From the NCBI GenBank assembly GCA_963849325.1, contig CAWKHF010000011.1, forward strand, positions 67,762 to 131,761: a stretch of DNA of 64,000 nucleotides. Reading direction: 5' to 3'. Source of the DNA: an uncultured Planctomycetota bacterium. GTDB taxonomy: Bacteria > Planctomycetota > Planctomycetia > Gemmatales > Gemmataceae. A program made the translations under genes and the position numbers. The notes beneath the pieces were generated by a model. The model was given only the letters and a program-made list of their open reading frames with translations, searched no databases and was not told where the DNA came from. This document shows positions 46,774 to 59,136 of the stretch, piece after piece (the first letter of the stretch is position 1; every line of letters starts with the position of its first letter).

Positions 46774-49467
46774 TCAGAACGACCCTTCCAATAACCCGGC
46801 GTCATCGCCCGGTGTTAACCGTCGATTCTGAAGCAGGTTCGCCACCTTCTCGACCTCCGTCCCCAGCCGGTTCGTGTCGCGCAGCACGGCCAGCGGCTCC
46901 GTCTTGATGCGCTGACTCAGTCCCCGCGCCTGGGCGGCGATTTCGGTCAGGCGCGTCTCCAGGTCGGCGCGTTGACGTTCGCGCACCTGCTTCCACACGG
47001 AGGACAGGTAGGCGCGGAAGCGTTCGAGTTCGGCGCGGGCCTCTTCCTCGGGCGGACGGCTCGGTCGCGGCGGACGCGGCAGCGTGTCGCGCAACAGCTG
47101 CGTCAGATAGCCGCCGTACTTCTCCAGGTTCTCGTGACACTCGCGGTACAGGGCTTGGTTGTGCTCCTCGTAAGCCTGCTCGGCGTAGCGCTCCTGGGCG
47201 CGGATGTGCTCGCTCAGTTCGTCGCGGTCGCGGCCGGTCTTGTCGGCGACCTCGGCGGCCAGATCGAGGCAATGATGCACCAGCTGGACGAAGCGCGGCC
47301 AGGGTGGATCGAGTGTCTGACCGTGGCTCGTCTCCAACTGCTGCAAGAGCTCGCGCAGCTCGGCCATGCGCTGGATGGCCTTCGGCTCGTCGTCGTAGCG
47401 CAGCGCCTCGAAGAGATCCTGACGGATTTGCTGCGCCCTGGCCCGCAGGCGCGTGCGGAAGCTGCCGCTGAACTGCGGTAACAGATCGTCAATTTGCTTC
47501 TGCACCTCGTCGATGTCGGCGCGGGTCGGCCGTCGCGGCGGCGGCGGCGCCTCGATGGTCGCCGTCTCGCAACGCTCGTAGGAATTGGACAGGCGGAGGC
47601 GCACGCGCACCTCAATGACGTGCTTGACATCGATGGCGAACTCGACCTCGACCGGCGAGCCGACCGGCAGGCTCGGATCGAGGTCTTCGATCACCATCTG
47701 TTTGACGACGCGGTTCTCCTCGAAGATGGGCACGACGATGCGGCCGGCCTGGTCGTGTGTGCGGCAGATGCACTGAAACACACCCGGCAGTGTCGCGCCG
47801 ACGGGCGCCACCACCTGCTTGACGCGCTGGCCGCCGCGCGACAGCACTTCGATTTGCAGCGGCTTGGTGATGAGCTGCGTCGGCAGTACGGCCTGGCCCA
47901 GATGCCGCGCCTCGCTCTGATGCCGCACGACTACGACGACGCGGGCCGTCTCCTGTCCGGAGCCGTCGCAAACCGCGAACTCCAGAGCGTTGTCCGTCTC
48001 CGCTTGCAGCTCCAGCTCGTGGGCGAACGTGCCGCGCTCGTCGAGAAATGCCTCCTCCGTCAGCCCCGTCGCCAGCGCCCGGATGCGCACCGAGCCGCCC
48101 TCCAGCGTGGCCTCCGTCGATTCCAGTCGCACAACGCCGGTTGCCTGGTAAGCAAGGTCACGGGTGTTGACCGGACTGGTCAGGTGCAGTCCGATGCCGG
48201 GGAAGAGATACTGTGTCCCGTGGGTCGCGGCCCGGAGGGCGGCGCCGTAAGCGACGCACAGGTCCGGCTCGTGCAGCAGCGGGTCGAGACAGCGGACGTG
48301 CTCGGGCAGTTCCGGGTTGCAGAAGGCGGCGCGGACGGTGTCGCGGACCAGGGGGACGCGGCTGGAGCCGCCGACCAGAACGACGTAATCGATGTCCGAC
48401 AGGCCCAATCCCGCTCGCTCCCGAGCGCGGGCCAAGGCGTCGCGGCAGCAATCGATGGTTCGGTCCACCTTATCGCGGATGAGACGTTGAAAGACGCTTC
48501 GCTCAACGCTCGTCTCCAGCGTGATGCCCCGGCCGTCGGCGTCGCGGACCAGGTCGGGCAGATAGCGCTCGACGCGCTCGGCATCCGTCAAGGCGATCTT
48601 GATGCTCTCGGCGGCCTGCACCAGCCCGACGAAGTTCCCCGCGCCGGCCGGCGTCGAGAGGTCGAAGAGCGCCGAGAGCGTCTCGGCCGGGACCGGCGCT
48701 GTTCGCTCGCCTTCCCGACCCGCGAACCACGAGCTATTCTCCACGAGATGCGTGGCCAGCAGGCGGTCGAAGTCGTCGCCGCCGAGAAAGGGATCGCCGC
48801 TGACCGACAGCACTTCGTAGTCGTCGAAGCGGCGGCGGATGATCGATACGTCAAAGGTGCCACCACCGAGGTCGTAGACGAGGTAAGTGGCGTCGCCGTG
48901 GCCGCCGATCCAGGAGTAATAGATGGCGGCGGCGGTCGGCTCGTGCAGCAGTTCGACCACCTCGAAGCCGGCCCGTTCGCCGGCCTGCCGGGTCGCCTCG
49001 ATCTGATTGTGATTGAAGTACGCCGGCATTGTCAGGATGGCCGAGTCGATCAGCCGGCGCGGATCGTTCAGCGTGCGGGCCAGCATGTCGCGTAGAAGGC
49101 CCAGGATGCACGCCGACACCTCCGGCGGCGTCAGCCGCTGCGGCCCCAGGGCAAACTCGCGCGGCAGACCCATGAAGCGTTTGACCGAGGCCAGCGGCAG
49201 CTGGGTGGAGGGTGCTTCTTCTCCCTCCACTCTCCACCCTCCACCCTTCACCCGTTGGGCGGCGCGGCCGGCGACGAGGCGGTCATGCTTCGGGTGATAG
49301 CCGACCAGCGAAGGGAACGTGCGATGGCCGTGTTCGTCCTGTCCGGTGAGAATCGTGCTGTCGGTGGGATCGAGCAGGGCGATGACGCTGTTGGTGGTGC
49401 CCAGGTCGATGCCGACCGTTTTGCGGATGCGGAGAGGCGATGAGGAGAGAGGAGAGGTGTGCGGCAT
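46774..49467 (-). CDS. long Hsp70-family protein (about 897 aa) with about 330-aa helical C-terminal extension
   Basis: Intact ORF; the likely start is MPHTSPLSS (ATG 49467). Motifs are VGIDLGTTNSVIA, ILTMPAYF, LLHEPTAAAIYY, VYDLGGGTFDVSII and VVLVGGSSRVPLV. A beta-rich middle is followed by a long Arg/Glu/Leu-rich helical tail. Confidence 0.8.
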   Translation of the reverse strand: MPHTSPLSSSPLRIRKTVGIDLGTTNSVIALLDPTDSTILTGQDEHGHRTFPSLVGYHPKHDRLVAGRAAQRVKGGGWRVEGEEAPSTQLPLASVKRFMGLPREFALGPQRLTPPEVSACILGLLRDMLARTLNDPRRLIDSAILTMPAYFNHNQIEATRQAGERAGFEVVELLHEPTAAAIYYSWIGGHGDATYLVYDLGGGTFDVSIIRRRFDDYEVLSVSGDPFLGGDDFDRLLATHLVENSSWFAGREGERTAPVPAETLSALFDLSTPAGAGNFVGLVQAAESIKIALTDAERVERYLPDLVRDADGRGITLETSVERSVFQRLIRDKVDRTIDCCRDALARARERAGLGLSDIDYVVLVGGSSRVPLVRDTVRAAFCNPELPEHVRCLDPLLHEPDLCVAYGAALRAATHGTQYLFPGIGLHLTSPVNTRDLAYQATGVVRLESTEATLEGGSVRIRALATGLTEEAFLDERGTFAHELELQAETDNALEFAVCDGSGQETARVVVVVRHQSEARHLGQAVLPTQLITKPLQIEVLSRGGQRVKQVVAPVGATLPGVFQCICRTHDQAGRIVVPIFEENRVVKQMVIEDLDPSLPVGSPVEVEFAIDVKHVIEVRVRLRLSNSYERCETATIEAPPPPRRPTRADIDEVQKQIDDLLPQFSGSFRTRLRARAQQIRQDLFEALRYDDEPKAIQRMAELRELLQQLETSHGQTLDPPWPRFVQLVHHCLDLAAEVADKTGRDRDELSEHIRAQERYAEQAYEEHNQALYRECHENLEKYGGYLTQLLRDTLPRPPRPSRPPEEEARAELERFRAYLSSVWKQVRERQRADLETRLTEIAAQARGLSQRIKTEPLAVLRDTNRLGTEVEKVANLLQNRRLTPGDDAGLLEGSF

Positions 49468-50016
49468 GGGTTGTCCCGCTCGTCCTTCTTCCGCTGGGGA
49501 AAAAGGAAACCCGTGGCTCGGCCGGATCGGTAGGTAGCTTATCGGGCCCGCTGAGGTGTGGAACAAATCCCGGCTTGCAAGCAAGCCGCAACGCTCAGCA
49601 CCGTATCAGCCGAAATCCAGCCAGGCAACGGGTTTCGCGGAAACCATGTGGCGTTTCGACTGGGACACCTCCTGTTTACCTCGGCCAGGAGTCGGCTTGC
49701 GGGAGACGGGATCGGGGAACACGAAATCGTTCTTTTTGGGGGAGGGCGTTGGCCACCCAAATCCGTATGTGCCGAAATCCCCTCGAGCAAACCTCCTCGT
49801 TGTTGCCCGCCCTGCGGCCCAGAGCCAGCAGAGCTTCCCGACCCACAGGCCGCGAGAAGAGCAGATGAGACGGCCTACGGGCCAGAATCTTGAAGTGCGC
49901 CTTCTAGTGCTCAACGCCTCGCGGCGTCACTGGGTGAAGTAGTCTACAACCTCACCTTATACCCCCGTACCCCCAAGTTGTCAACCATCAAATTTCTTTT
50001 TTTCGGCGCGGCGAAA

Positions 50017-50075
50017 GTAGGTGCCGCGAGCCGAGCAGTATTTGGAGGCCGACTCGCTCGGCTCGCGGGGTCTAC
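50017..50075. repeat. REP-like palindrome, GTAGGTGCCGCGAGCCGAGC family (copy 2)
   Basis: GTAGGTGCCGCGAGCCGAGC-19 nt-GCTCGGCTCGCGGGGTCTAC in the divergent intergenic region upstream of DUF1501. Confidence 0.7.
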
Positions 50076-50175
50076 CGCCGGCTGGTTATTCTTCTTCCGT
50101 GTCCCGATCACGGGCGTTAGGATCAAGACAGTGGCAAAGGTTCGTTTGGGGGCCGTTCGTCGAAGGAGAATCCTG

Positions 50176-51561
50176 ATGAGCCATCAGGGGGCGCTCACCC
50201 GGGTTGTGCCGATTCGCGCCGGCAACTCACGCCGAATCGCCGGAGTTTCCTGAAAGCCGGTGTCCTCGGCAGCGCCGGACTCAGCCTTGGCGAACTTCTG
50301 CGTCAGGAGGCGCGAGCGGTCATCTCCACCACCTCCGGGCGCAAACCGTCGGTCATCATCCTGTGGATGCGCGGCGGTCCCAGCCACATCGACATGTGGG
50401 ACCCCAAGCCAGACGCCCCGGTCGAGTATCGCGGCGAGTTCGGCGTTACGCCGAGCAAGGTGCCCGGCATCCTCCTGGGCGACCTGCTGCCGATGTCCGG
50501 CCGGATCATGGAGAAGTGGTCCATCGTCCGCAGCCTCCACCACCACGACGCCGGCCACTCCACCGGCGATCAGATTTGCTTCACCGGCTATCCCTCCGGC
50601 CCCAACCCGGACGAGAACGTCCATCCCAGCTGCGGCTCGATCGTCGCCCGGCAGCTCGGCCACGAAGATCCGCGTCTGCCGGCCTACGTGATGATCCCGC
50701 GCATGGTGCCGGGGACGGGGCCGGCCTATCTCGGCGTGGCGAACAAGCCGTTCGAGACGCTGGCCGATCCGGCCCAGCCGGGCCCGTTCCGCATGCCCAA
50801 TTTCGCTCTGCCGGCCGGCCTGACCCTGGAGCGTCTCGGCGAACGTCGCCAGCTGCTCGGCGAGCTTCGATCGCCTGCGCCGCGACGTGGACGCCGGCGG
50901 ACAGATGAACGCCCTGGACCGCTTCCATCAGAAGGCGTGGGACATCCTCACGTCCGCCGCCGCACGCGATGCCTTCGACCTGGACAACGAGCCGATGGCC
51001 GTCCGCGAGCGTTACGGCTTTCTGCCGCCGTTCGATCCCGGCGCGTCCAACCGCTGCGGCGCGCCGGCGTGGAGCCAGCGCATCCTGCTGGCCCGCCGCC
51101 TCGTCGAGGCCGGCGTGCGCCTGGTCACGGTCGATCTGCGCTGGTGGGACACGCACGTCAAGGGCTTCGAGTCGCTGCGTCTGGGCTTCCTGCCGCGCTT
51201 CGACCGGGCGTACACGGCGCTGATCGAGGACCTGGAGCAGCGCGGCTTGCTGGAATCGACGCTGGTGATCGCCTGGGGCGAGTTCGGCCGGACGCCGCGC
51301 GTCAACAACGACGCCGGCCGCGATCACTACCCCAACGTCTTCAGCGCCGCCCTGGCGGGCGGCCCGGTCAAGGGCGGCCGGGTGGTCGGCGAGTCCGACG
51401 CGAAGGGGGCGTTCCCGAAGACGAACCCCAAGACGCCGCAGGACGTGCTCGCCACGCTGTATCAGCACCTCGGCGTCGATACCGAGCAGCAATACCTCAA
51501 CAACACCGGCCGTCCCATCTCCGTCCTGCCCAGCGGCAAGCCGATCGAAGAGCTGACCTAG
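50176..51561 (+). CDS. DUF1501 (sulfatase-fold) protein with Tat-like signal, 2 frameshifts (about 50190 and 50865)
   Basis: ATG 50176, then RRSFLKAGVLGSAGLSLG (by hand, +3 frame). ORF 50367..51701 has MRGGPSHIDMWDPKP. ORF 50887..51561 has ..VIAWGEFGRTPRVNNDAGRDHYPNVFSAALAGGPVKGGRVVGESD... Confidence 0.85.
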
Positions 51562-51583
51562 GACCAATCGAAAAACGCATTCC

Positions 51584-51650
51584 CGTTTCGCCGCGACGCG
51601 CAGCGGAGCGCGGGGCAATCCCGCGCTCCGCTGCGCGTCGCGGCGAAACG
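51584..51650. terminator. perfect 31-bp-stem hairpin between convergent genes
   Basis: CGTTTCGCCGCGACGCGCAGCGGAGCGCGGG-GCAAT-CCCGCGCTCCGCTGCGCGTCGCGGCGAAACG, between stops at 51561 (+) and 51661 (-). Confidence 0.55.
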
Positions 51651-51660
51651 AAAAGCCGAG

Positions 51661-53112
51661 CTACCATCCTATCTTCGGAAGGCGCTGGGCGAGCGAGATG
51701 AGGAAGTAGGCGGCGATACCGGCGAGGATGGCCAGCATGATAATGCCCAGCGTGCCCATGCGCTGAAGGGTCGTGGCGGGCGCCGGCGCGGGCGTTTCAA
51801 CCGTGGCCTCGTCGGCGTGCGCGTCCTCGAACTCGACTGGCGCCGGGAGCGGCGGTGCGGGAGCGTGTACGGCCGGTTTTTGGGCGTGCTCCGAGCGCGG
51901 CAGCTTGCCCGCCGGCACCGGCGGTCGCGGCGGCGACAACGAACCGCCGCGCGGGCGCGGCAACTCCCGCGGCGCCGACGGTGCCACGGGTGGCGTGGCC
52001 GCGTCGAGCCGGCCGCCTTCCGGTCGCGGCAGCTTGACCCGCGGCATCGCCATCGTCGCCCGCCGTACCGGCACCGAATTGGCGCCGGCGAACGGTCGCA
52101 GCGCCTCCAGCAGCTCGGCGCAGCTGACGTAGCGGCTGGACGGCGACTTCTGCATCAGCTTCTCCACCACCTCGATCAAACCGTCCGGCACGTCCGCGTT
52201 CAGTTCGCTGATAGGCGTTGGCTGCTTGTGCTGGTGGCTCATCATCTTTTCGACCGCCGTGCCGTCGGGGAACGGATAGCGGCCGACCAGGCAGTAATAC
52301 AGCACGCAGCCGAGACTGTACTGGTCGCCGATCGGCGTCAAGTTGGTCGGGTCCATGATGCTTTCGGGACTGGCGCAATCCAGACCGCTATTGACCGAAT
52401 TGGCCGTGGACATGGTATCGACCAGCGATTCGCCCTCGGTCTCGGCCAGGAGGCAGCCGATACCAAAATCGAGGATGCGCACCTGGCCGTCGGTGCCGAC
52501 CATGAGGTTCGACGGCTTGAGCAGACCGTGAAACAGCCCTTGCTGATGGCACTGCTCCAGCCCCTCGGCCGCTTGCAGGAGGTACTGAGCGGCCTGCTCG
52601 GGGCTGAGCCGGCCCTCGCGTTCGACGACCTTGTCGAGCGTCTCGCCCTCGACGAGCGGCCAGGCCAGGTAGTGCATGCCGCCGGAGGTGCCGACGTCCA
52701 CGAACGGTACGACCGACGGATGTTTGCACTGCTCGAAGGCGCGGACCTTGCGGCGGGCGATGCGCACGTTCCACATGCTGCGCCGCGGCAGCACCTTGAC
52801 GGCGTACCAACCGCTGTCCGTCTTGGACTGCGCCTTGTAGACGGTGCCCATGCTGCCGCTGCCCAGGGCGTCCTTGAGGGTGAACGGCCCGAGTACGAAG
52901 CCCTGCGTCTTGCCTTGCAGCAGGCGCTCGGCCTGGAACTCCGTCAAGACGCCCTGACCGATCAGGTACTCGGCCAGGGCCGGCGGCTCGGCGCCGGGGT
53001 TTTTGTTGAGGAACTCCCCGATGACCTGGTCGAGCTGGCCGCGATCGATCAAGTTGCTGCGGCGCAAGTCCCACACAAACCATTCGCAAGCCCCAAGGTC
53101 CGTTGTCAACAT
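51661..53112 (-). CDS. Ser/Thr-kinase-fold protein lacking the catalytic Asp (predicted pseudokinase) with C-terminal TM anchor
   Basis: LGSGSMGTVYKA, YAVKVL and ILDFGIG are present, but the catalytic loop reads LFHGLLKPSNLMV (HRD becomes HGL). The N-terminal domain has LTEFQAERLLQGKTQGFVLG. A Pro-rich linker is followed by a TM (LGIIMLAILAGIAAYFLISL). Confidence 0.8.
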   Translation of the reverse strand: MLTTDLGACEWFVWDLRRSNLIDRGQLDQVIGEFLNKNPGAEPPALAEYLIGQGVLTEFQAERLLQGKTQGFVLGPFTLKDALGSGSMGTVYKAQSKTDSGWYAVKVLPRRSMWNVRIARRKVRAFEQCKHPSVVPFVDVGTSGGMHYLAWPLVEGETLDKVVEREGRLSPEQAAQYLLQAAEGLEQCHQQGLFHGLLKPSNLMVGTDGQVRILDFGIGCLLAETEGESLVDTMSTANSVNSGLDCASPESIMDPTNLTPIGDQYSLGCVLYYCLVGRYPFPDGTAVEKMMSHQHKQPTPISELNADVPDGLIEVVEKLMQKSPSSRYVSCAELLEALRPFAGANSVPVRRATMAMPRVKLPRPEGGRLDAATPPVAPSAPRELPRPRGGSLSPPRPPVPAGKLPRSEHAQKPAVHAPAPPLPAPVEFEDAHADEATVETPAPAPATTLQRMGTLGIIMLAILAGIAAYFLISLAQRLPKIGW

Positions 53113-53353
53113 AGCGCGGCGTCCTTTGTAGGAATACGGAAGATCGGCGCGGGCGTACCAAATCCAAATTGCAGCGCGCTCGATGGCAGGGGATCGAGGG
53201 AACGGGACTGCAATGGGGTTGCCACTTCTCTAGCCGAAGAATGGGACACAAACGCGGCAGTGTCAAACGAGGCGGCGCTTCCCGCTCGCGGCGACATCTG
53301 CTATCTTGACCGCAACATTCGATCACCCGGTCCTGACTAACAAGAAGGTCGTC

Positions 53354-54793
53354 ATGGCACAAGATCCCTACGAGCCGTGTACCTGCGGCAGCGGCAAGAA
53401 GTTCAAGTGGTGCTGTCAACCGATCTTCGTCGGCATCAACCGGGCCTGGGAGCAAGAGGCCGCCGGCCAGCATGAGGCCGCCCTGCGCGTCCTGGATCAG
53501 GTCGTTCAGGAGCACGAGGGCAACCCGGAGGCGTGGGGCCAGAAGGCGCGTCTGCTGTTCAGCCAGGGCAAGGTCGAGGAGGCCGAGAACGCCTTGCAGA
53601 AGGCGTTCGACCTCAATCCGAACTACCCGGCCGGGCTGCTGCTGTGCGCCACCTTTCGTTTCCAGGAAGGCGAAGTGCCGGGCGCTTTGCTGCTGGCTCG
53701 GCGGGCCGCCGAAGCCTACGATCCCGAGGCGAGATCCTACCTGGCCGAGGTCTATTACCTCATTTTCGAGTGCGAAATGCGCCAGAACCGGCCGGTAGCC
53801 GCCCGCGCCGCCCTGCGGTTAGTGGCGCACCTGGCGCCGGCGGAGGAAGACCTGCGCAAGTCCTTCGAGTCGCTGTTCGGTCCCGAGGGGCGGTTGCCGG
53901 CCGCGGCGCGGCGCGAGTACACCTTCCACAGTCCGGCCGCGGCGGCCGGACCAAAGCGGGCCGCCTGGGACCGGGCGCTGCACGACGCCGACACGCCGCG
54001 CCTGGGCGACCTCGTGCGCGTCTTCGAGCCGCTGACCCGCAACGACCCTGCCGACACGCCCGCATGGTTCAATCTCGGTCTGTCCCACGCCTGGCTGGGC
54101 GATAACCGAGCGGCGCTGGAAGCGCTGCGGTCCTACGTCGAGAGGGAGACCGACGAGAACGCCGCCGGCGAGGCGAGCGCCCTCATGGAAGTGCTGCGCT
54201 GTGGTCAGGGGTTGGAGGACGAGTGCGACTATCACGAGTACGCCTTCGGCCACCAGTTCCGCGATCCGCAGCCGGTCGTCAATCTCTTGCAGGAGTGGGA
54301 CCGGACTGGCCGACTCGTCGCCCTGCCCAGCCAGCAAGAGGGCATGTTCATGGGCCTGGTGCTGGAGATGACGACGGCGGCGCTCATCACCGTGGGGGCG
54401 CCGCCGGCCGACGCCGGCCGGCTGGGCGGTTACGTCGTCCTCATCGGCAATCTGCTGCAAGTGACCAGCCCGTTGAAGGAGCCGTTCGACCGCCTCCGCG
54501 ACGAGGTGCGTCAGCGCCTGGCGCTGGGCCTGACCGATCTGCCGGATCGGCGGGCGCCGATTCAGTTTCAGGACGTGGTGGCCGACGCCCTGCTGTTCCC
54601 GCTTCAGCGCGCCGACGACAGCGCCGAGCGCGTGCGGACCCACGCGCAGAAGCACTACGAAGAGATGTGGATTCACAAGCCGCGCCGTTCGCTGGCCGGC
54701 AACACGCCCGTGGACGCCGCCGCCCATCCGGTGCTGCGCAAGCACCTCCGCGGCGTCGTTCAGTTCATCCAGGATTGCGCCACGGTGGTATGA
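53354..54793 (+). CDS. SEC-C-motif / TPR protein
   Basis: MAQDPYEPCTCGSGKKFKWCC (SEC-C metal-binding motif), followed by TPR-like repeats. Confidence 0.7.
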   Translation: MAQDPYEPCTCGSGKKFKWCCQPIFVGINRAWEQEAAGQHEAALRVLDQVVQEHEGNPEAWGQKARLLFSQGKVEEAENALQKAFDLNPNYPAGLLLCATFRFQEGEVPGALLLARRAAEAYDPEARSYLAEVYYLIFECEMRQNRPVAARAALRLVAHLAPAEEDLRKSFESLFGPEGRLPAAARREYTFHSPAAAAGPKRAAWDRALHDADTPRLGDLVRVFEPLTRNDPADTPAWFNLGLSHAWLGDNRAALEALRSYVERETDENAAGEASALMEVLRCGQGLEDECDYHEYAFGHQFRDPQPVVNLLQEWDRTGRLVALPSQQEGMFMGLVLEMTTAALITVGAPPADAGRLGGYVVLIGNLLQVTSPLKEPFDRLRDEVRQRLALGLTDLPDRRAPIQFQDVVADALLFPLQRADDSAERVRTHAQKHYEEMWIHKPRRSLAGNTPVDAAAHPVLRKHLRGVVQFIQDCATVV

Positions 54794-55482
54794 TCGCCGA
54801 CTACGACTTCGACCGGCTGCGCCGCAAGCTCGGTCTGCTCGATGGTGGGACCGGCGTCTCGCCGGTCGAGAAACAACAGACTGACGGGGCGCCGGTCCCA
54901 GCGGGCGCTCCCACCTTCGACGTTGCCGGCATGGGCAGCGCCGAATTGGCCGGCCTGGACGCGGCCAGCTTGACCGACGAGCAGCTGGAGCACGCCTACC
55001 AGGCGGCGGTCAAGCTCGACGCCGAGGAGTTGGCGGCTCATTTCGCCAAGAACCTGATCGTCCGGCCGCCGCGCCCCGAGCATACGGATCGCTTCCCCTG
55101 GTACTCGTACTTGACGCAGTACGCCTTGAAGACCGGCGACAAGGACGCGGCACTGGATTACGTCAATGAGGGCGAGAAGGTGGACTGTGAGCATAACGAG
55201 GGGCGTCGCCGCAACGATTACGAACTGCGTCGCGGCCAGGTCCATGTCAAACGCGGTGAGGCCGAGGCGGCGGCCGACGTGTTCGGACGGCTGATCGAGC
55301 GTGTGCCCACTAACTTCCGCTTTCGCGGCAGCGCCGCCGAGGCCATGCTGTCACTGCGGCAGGGCGACAAGGCGCTGCGCTTCGCCGAGGAAGGCGTGGC
55401 AGCAGCCCGGCAGGCCAACGACCGCGACTCCGAGCAATACTTGTTGGAGCTGGCGGCGGCGGCAAAGAAACAGATGGGGTAG
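54790..55482 (+). CDS. hypothetical helical-repeat protein
   Basis: ATG 54790 overlaps the upstream stop (ATGA), in the frame of ORF 54223..55482. Only the part from MIADYDFDRLRRKLG onward looks protein-like. Confidence 0.45.
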   Translation: MIADYDFDRLRRKLGLLDGGTGVSPVEKQQTDGAPVPAGAPTFDVAGMGSAELAGLDAASLTDEQLEHAYQAAVKLDAEELAAHFAKNLIVRPPRPEHTDRFPWYSYLTQYALKTGDKDAALDYVNEGEKVDCEHNEGRRRNDYELRRGQVHVKRGEAEAAADVFGRLIERVPTNFRFRGSAAEAMLSLRQGDKALRFAEEGVAAARQANDRDSEQYLLELAAAAKKQMG

Positions 55483-55554
55483 AGAAAAGCCGCTGGCGGC
55501 TTGGTATTCTCCCCAGCCGCCAGCGGCGCCGAAAGACCTCTCACGGGACGAGAG

Positions 55555-56391
55555 ATGCACCCCTTACGCGGCAAGGTCGTCCTCATCACCGGCGGCTCGT
55601 CCGGCATCGGCCGGGCGACGGCCCTGCGCCTATCTTCTTTCGGCGCGCGCGTCGCCCTGGCGTCGCGTACCCCGGACGCCCTGGAGGAAGTCGCTCGGCA
55701 GATCAAGGCGCTCGGCGTTGAGGCGCTGACTGTACCCACGGACGTGACCGACGTCGAGCAGTGTCGCCGGGCCGTCGAGAGGACCGCCGACCATTTTGGC
55801 CGTCTCGACGTGTTGTTGTGTTCGGCGGGCGTATCCATGCGCGGCATGTTCGCCGACGCGGAGCCGGCCGCCCTCGAACACGTCATGCGCGTCAACTTCT
55901 TCGGCACTCTCTATCCGACGTATTTCGCCGTGCCGCACGTCAAGCGCTGGCGCGGCTCGCTGGTGGCTATCAGCAGTCTGACCGGCAAGCGCGGCACGCC
56001 ATCCTATGCCATTTATGGGGCCAGCAAGTTCGCCGTGCGCGGCCTGTACGACAGCCTGCGCCTGGAGTTGGCCTCCGACGGCGTACACGTCGGCGTCGTG
56101 TCGCCGGGCTTCGTGGCCACGCCGCTGCGTCAGCGCGTGCTCGACGCCAGCGGCCGGCCGTGGCCTAGCCCGCCGGTGCCGCCGTTCCGCGTTTGGCCGC
56201 TGGAAAAATGTGTCGATCGCGTTGTGCGTCTCCTCGTCAAGCGTCAGGCGCAGGCACTGCTGCCCGGATTCGTCGGCCCTTTGCTGGCCCTGGATGAAGT
56301 GACCGGCGGAAGGCTGGGCGACTGGTACCTGGGCGGCAAGTTCGACCCCGCCGATGCCACGCCTCCAGAAGATGATACGGTGAAACGGTAG
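55555..56391 (+). CDS. short-chain dehydrogenase/reductase (SDR)
   Basis: VVLITGGSSGIGRATA (TGxxxGIG), CSAGV (NAG-type position) and YGASKFAV (YxxxK). Confidence 0.85.
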   Translation: MHPLRGKVVLITGGSSGIGRATALRLSSFGARVALASRTPDALEEVARQIKALGVEALTVPTDVTDVEQCRRAVERTADHFGRLDVLLCSAGVSMRGMFADAEPAALEHVMRVNFFGTLYPTYFAVPHVKRWRGSLVAISSLTGKRGTPSYAIYGASKFAVRGLYDSLRLELASDGVHVGVVSPGFVATPLRQRVLDASGRPWPSPPVPPFRVWPLEKCVDRVVRLLVKRQAQALLPGFVGPLLALDEVTGGRLGDWYLGGKFDPADATPPEDDTVKR

Positions 56392-56739
56392 GAATACCTC
56401 TCGGAGTCCACAGCGTAACAGCCGCTGGAATCGGCTCGCGTACCCCGCGGAATAATTATCTTTCCGTCAACTATTCGCTTGCCTTTCGGTCCTGGGCCTG
56501 CTACAACCAGACGCATTCCGGAGAAGGCCTTCGCCATTCTCGTATCCGTTAACACGATCGATTACACGTCCTGTCGTCGGGACGTGGCCTGGCTTCCGGA
56601 GTCACCCCAAGGAGACGCCTCATGTTCGCCTGGCTGAAGACACGCACTTGCACCATCCGCAAAGACGCAAATTGCGACATTACCCCCCCCAACTCCTTTA
56701 TTCTTTGGGCGCATCTCGTGGTCCGGATGGCTGCGGAGA

Positions 56740-59103
<2,364 letters not shown>

Positions 59104-59109
59104 GGGTTC

Positions 59110-59136
59110 GGCGGGGCCGGTTCCACCGGCCCCGCC
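59110..59136. terminator. 12-bp GC hairpin between convergent genes
   Basis: GGCGGGGCCGGT-TCC-ACCGGCCCCGCC immediately after the stop at 59103. It abuts the stop of the minus-strand gene at 59136. Confidence 0.5.
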
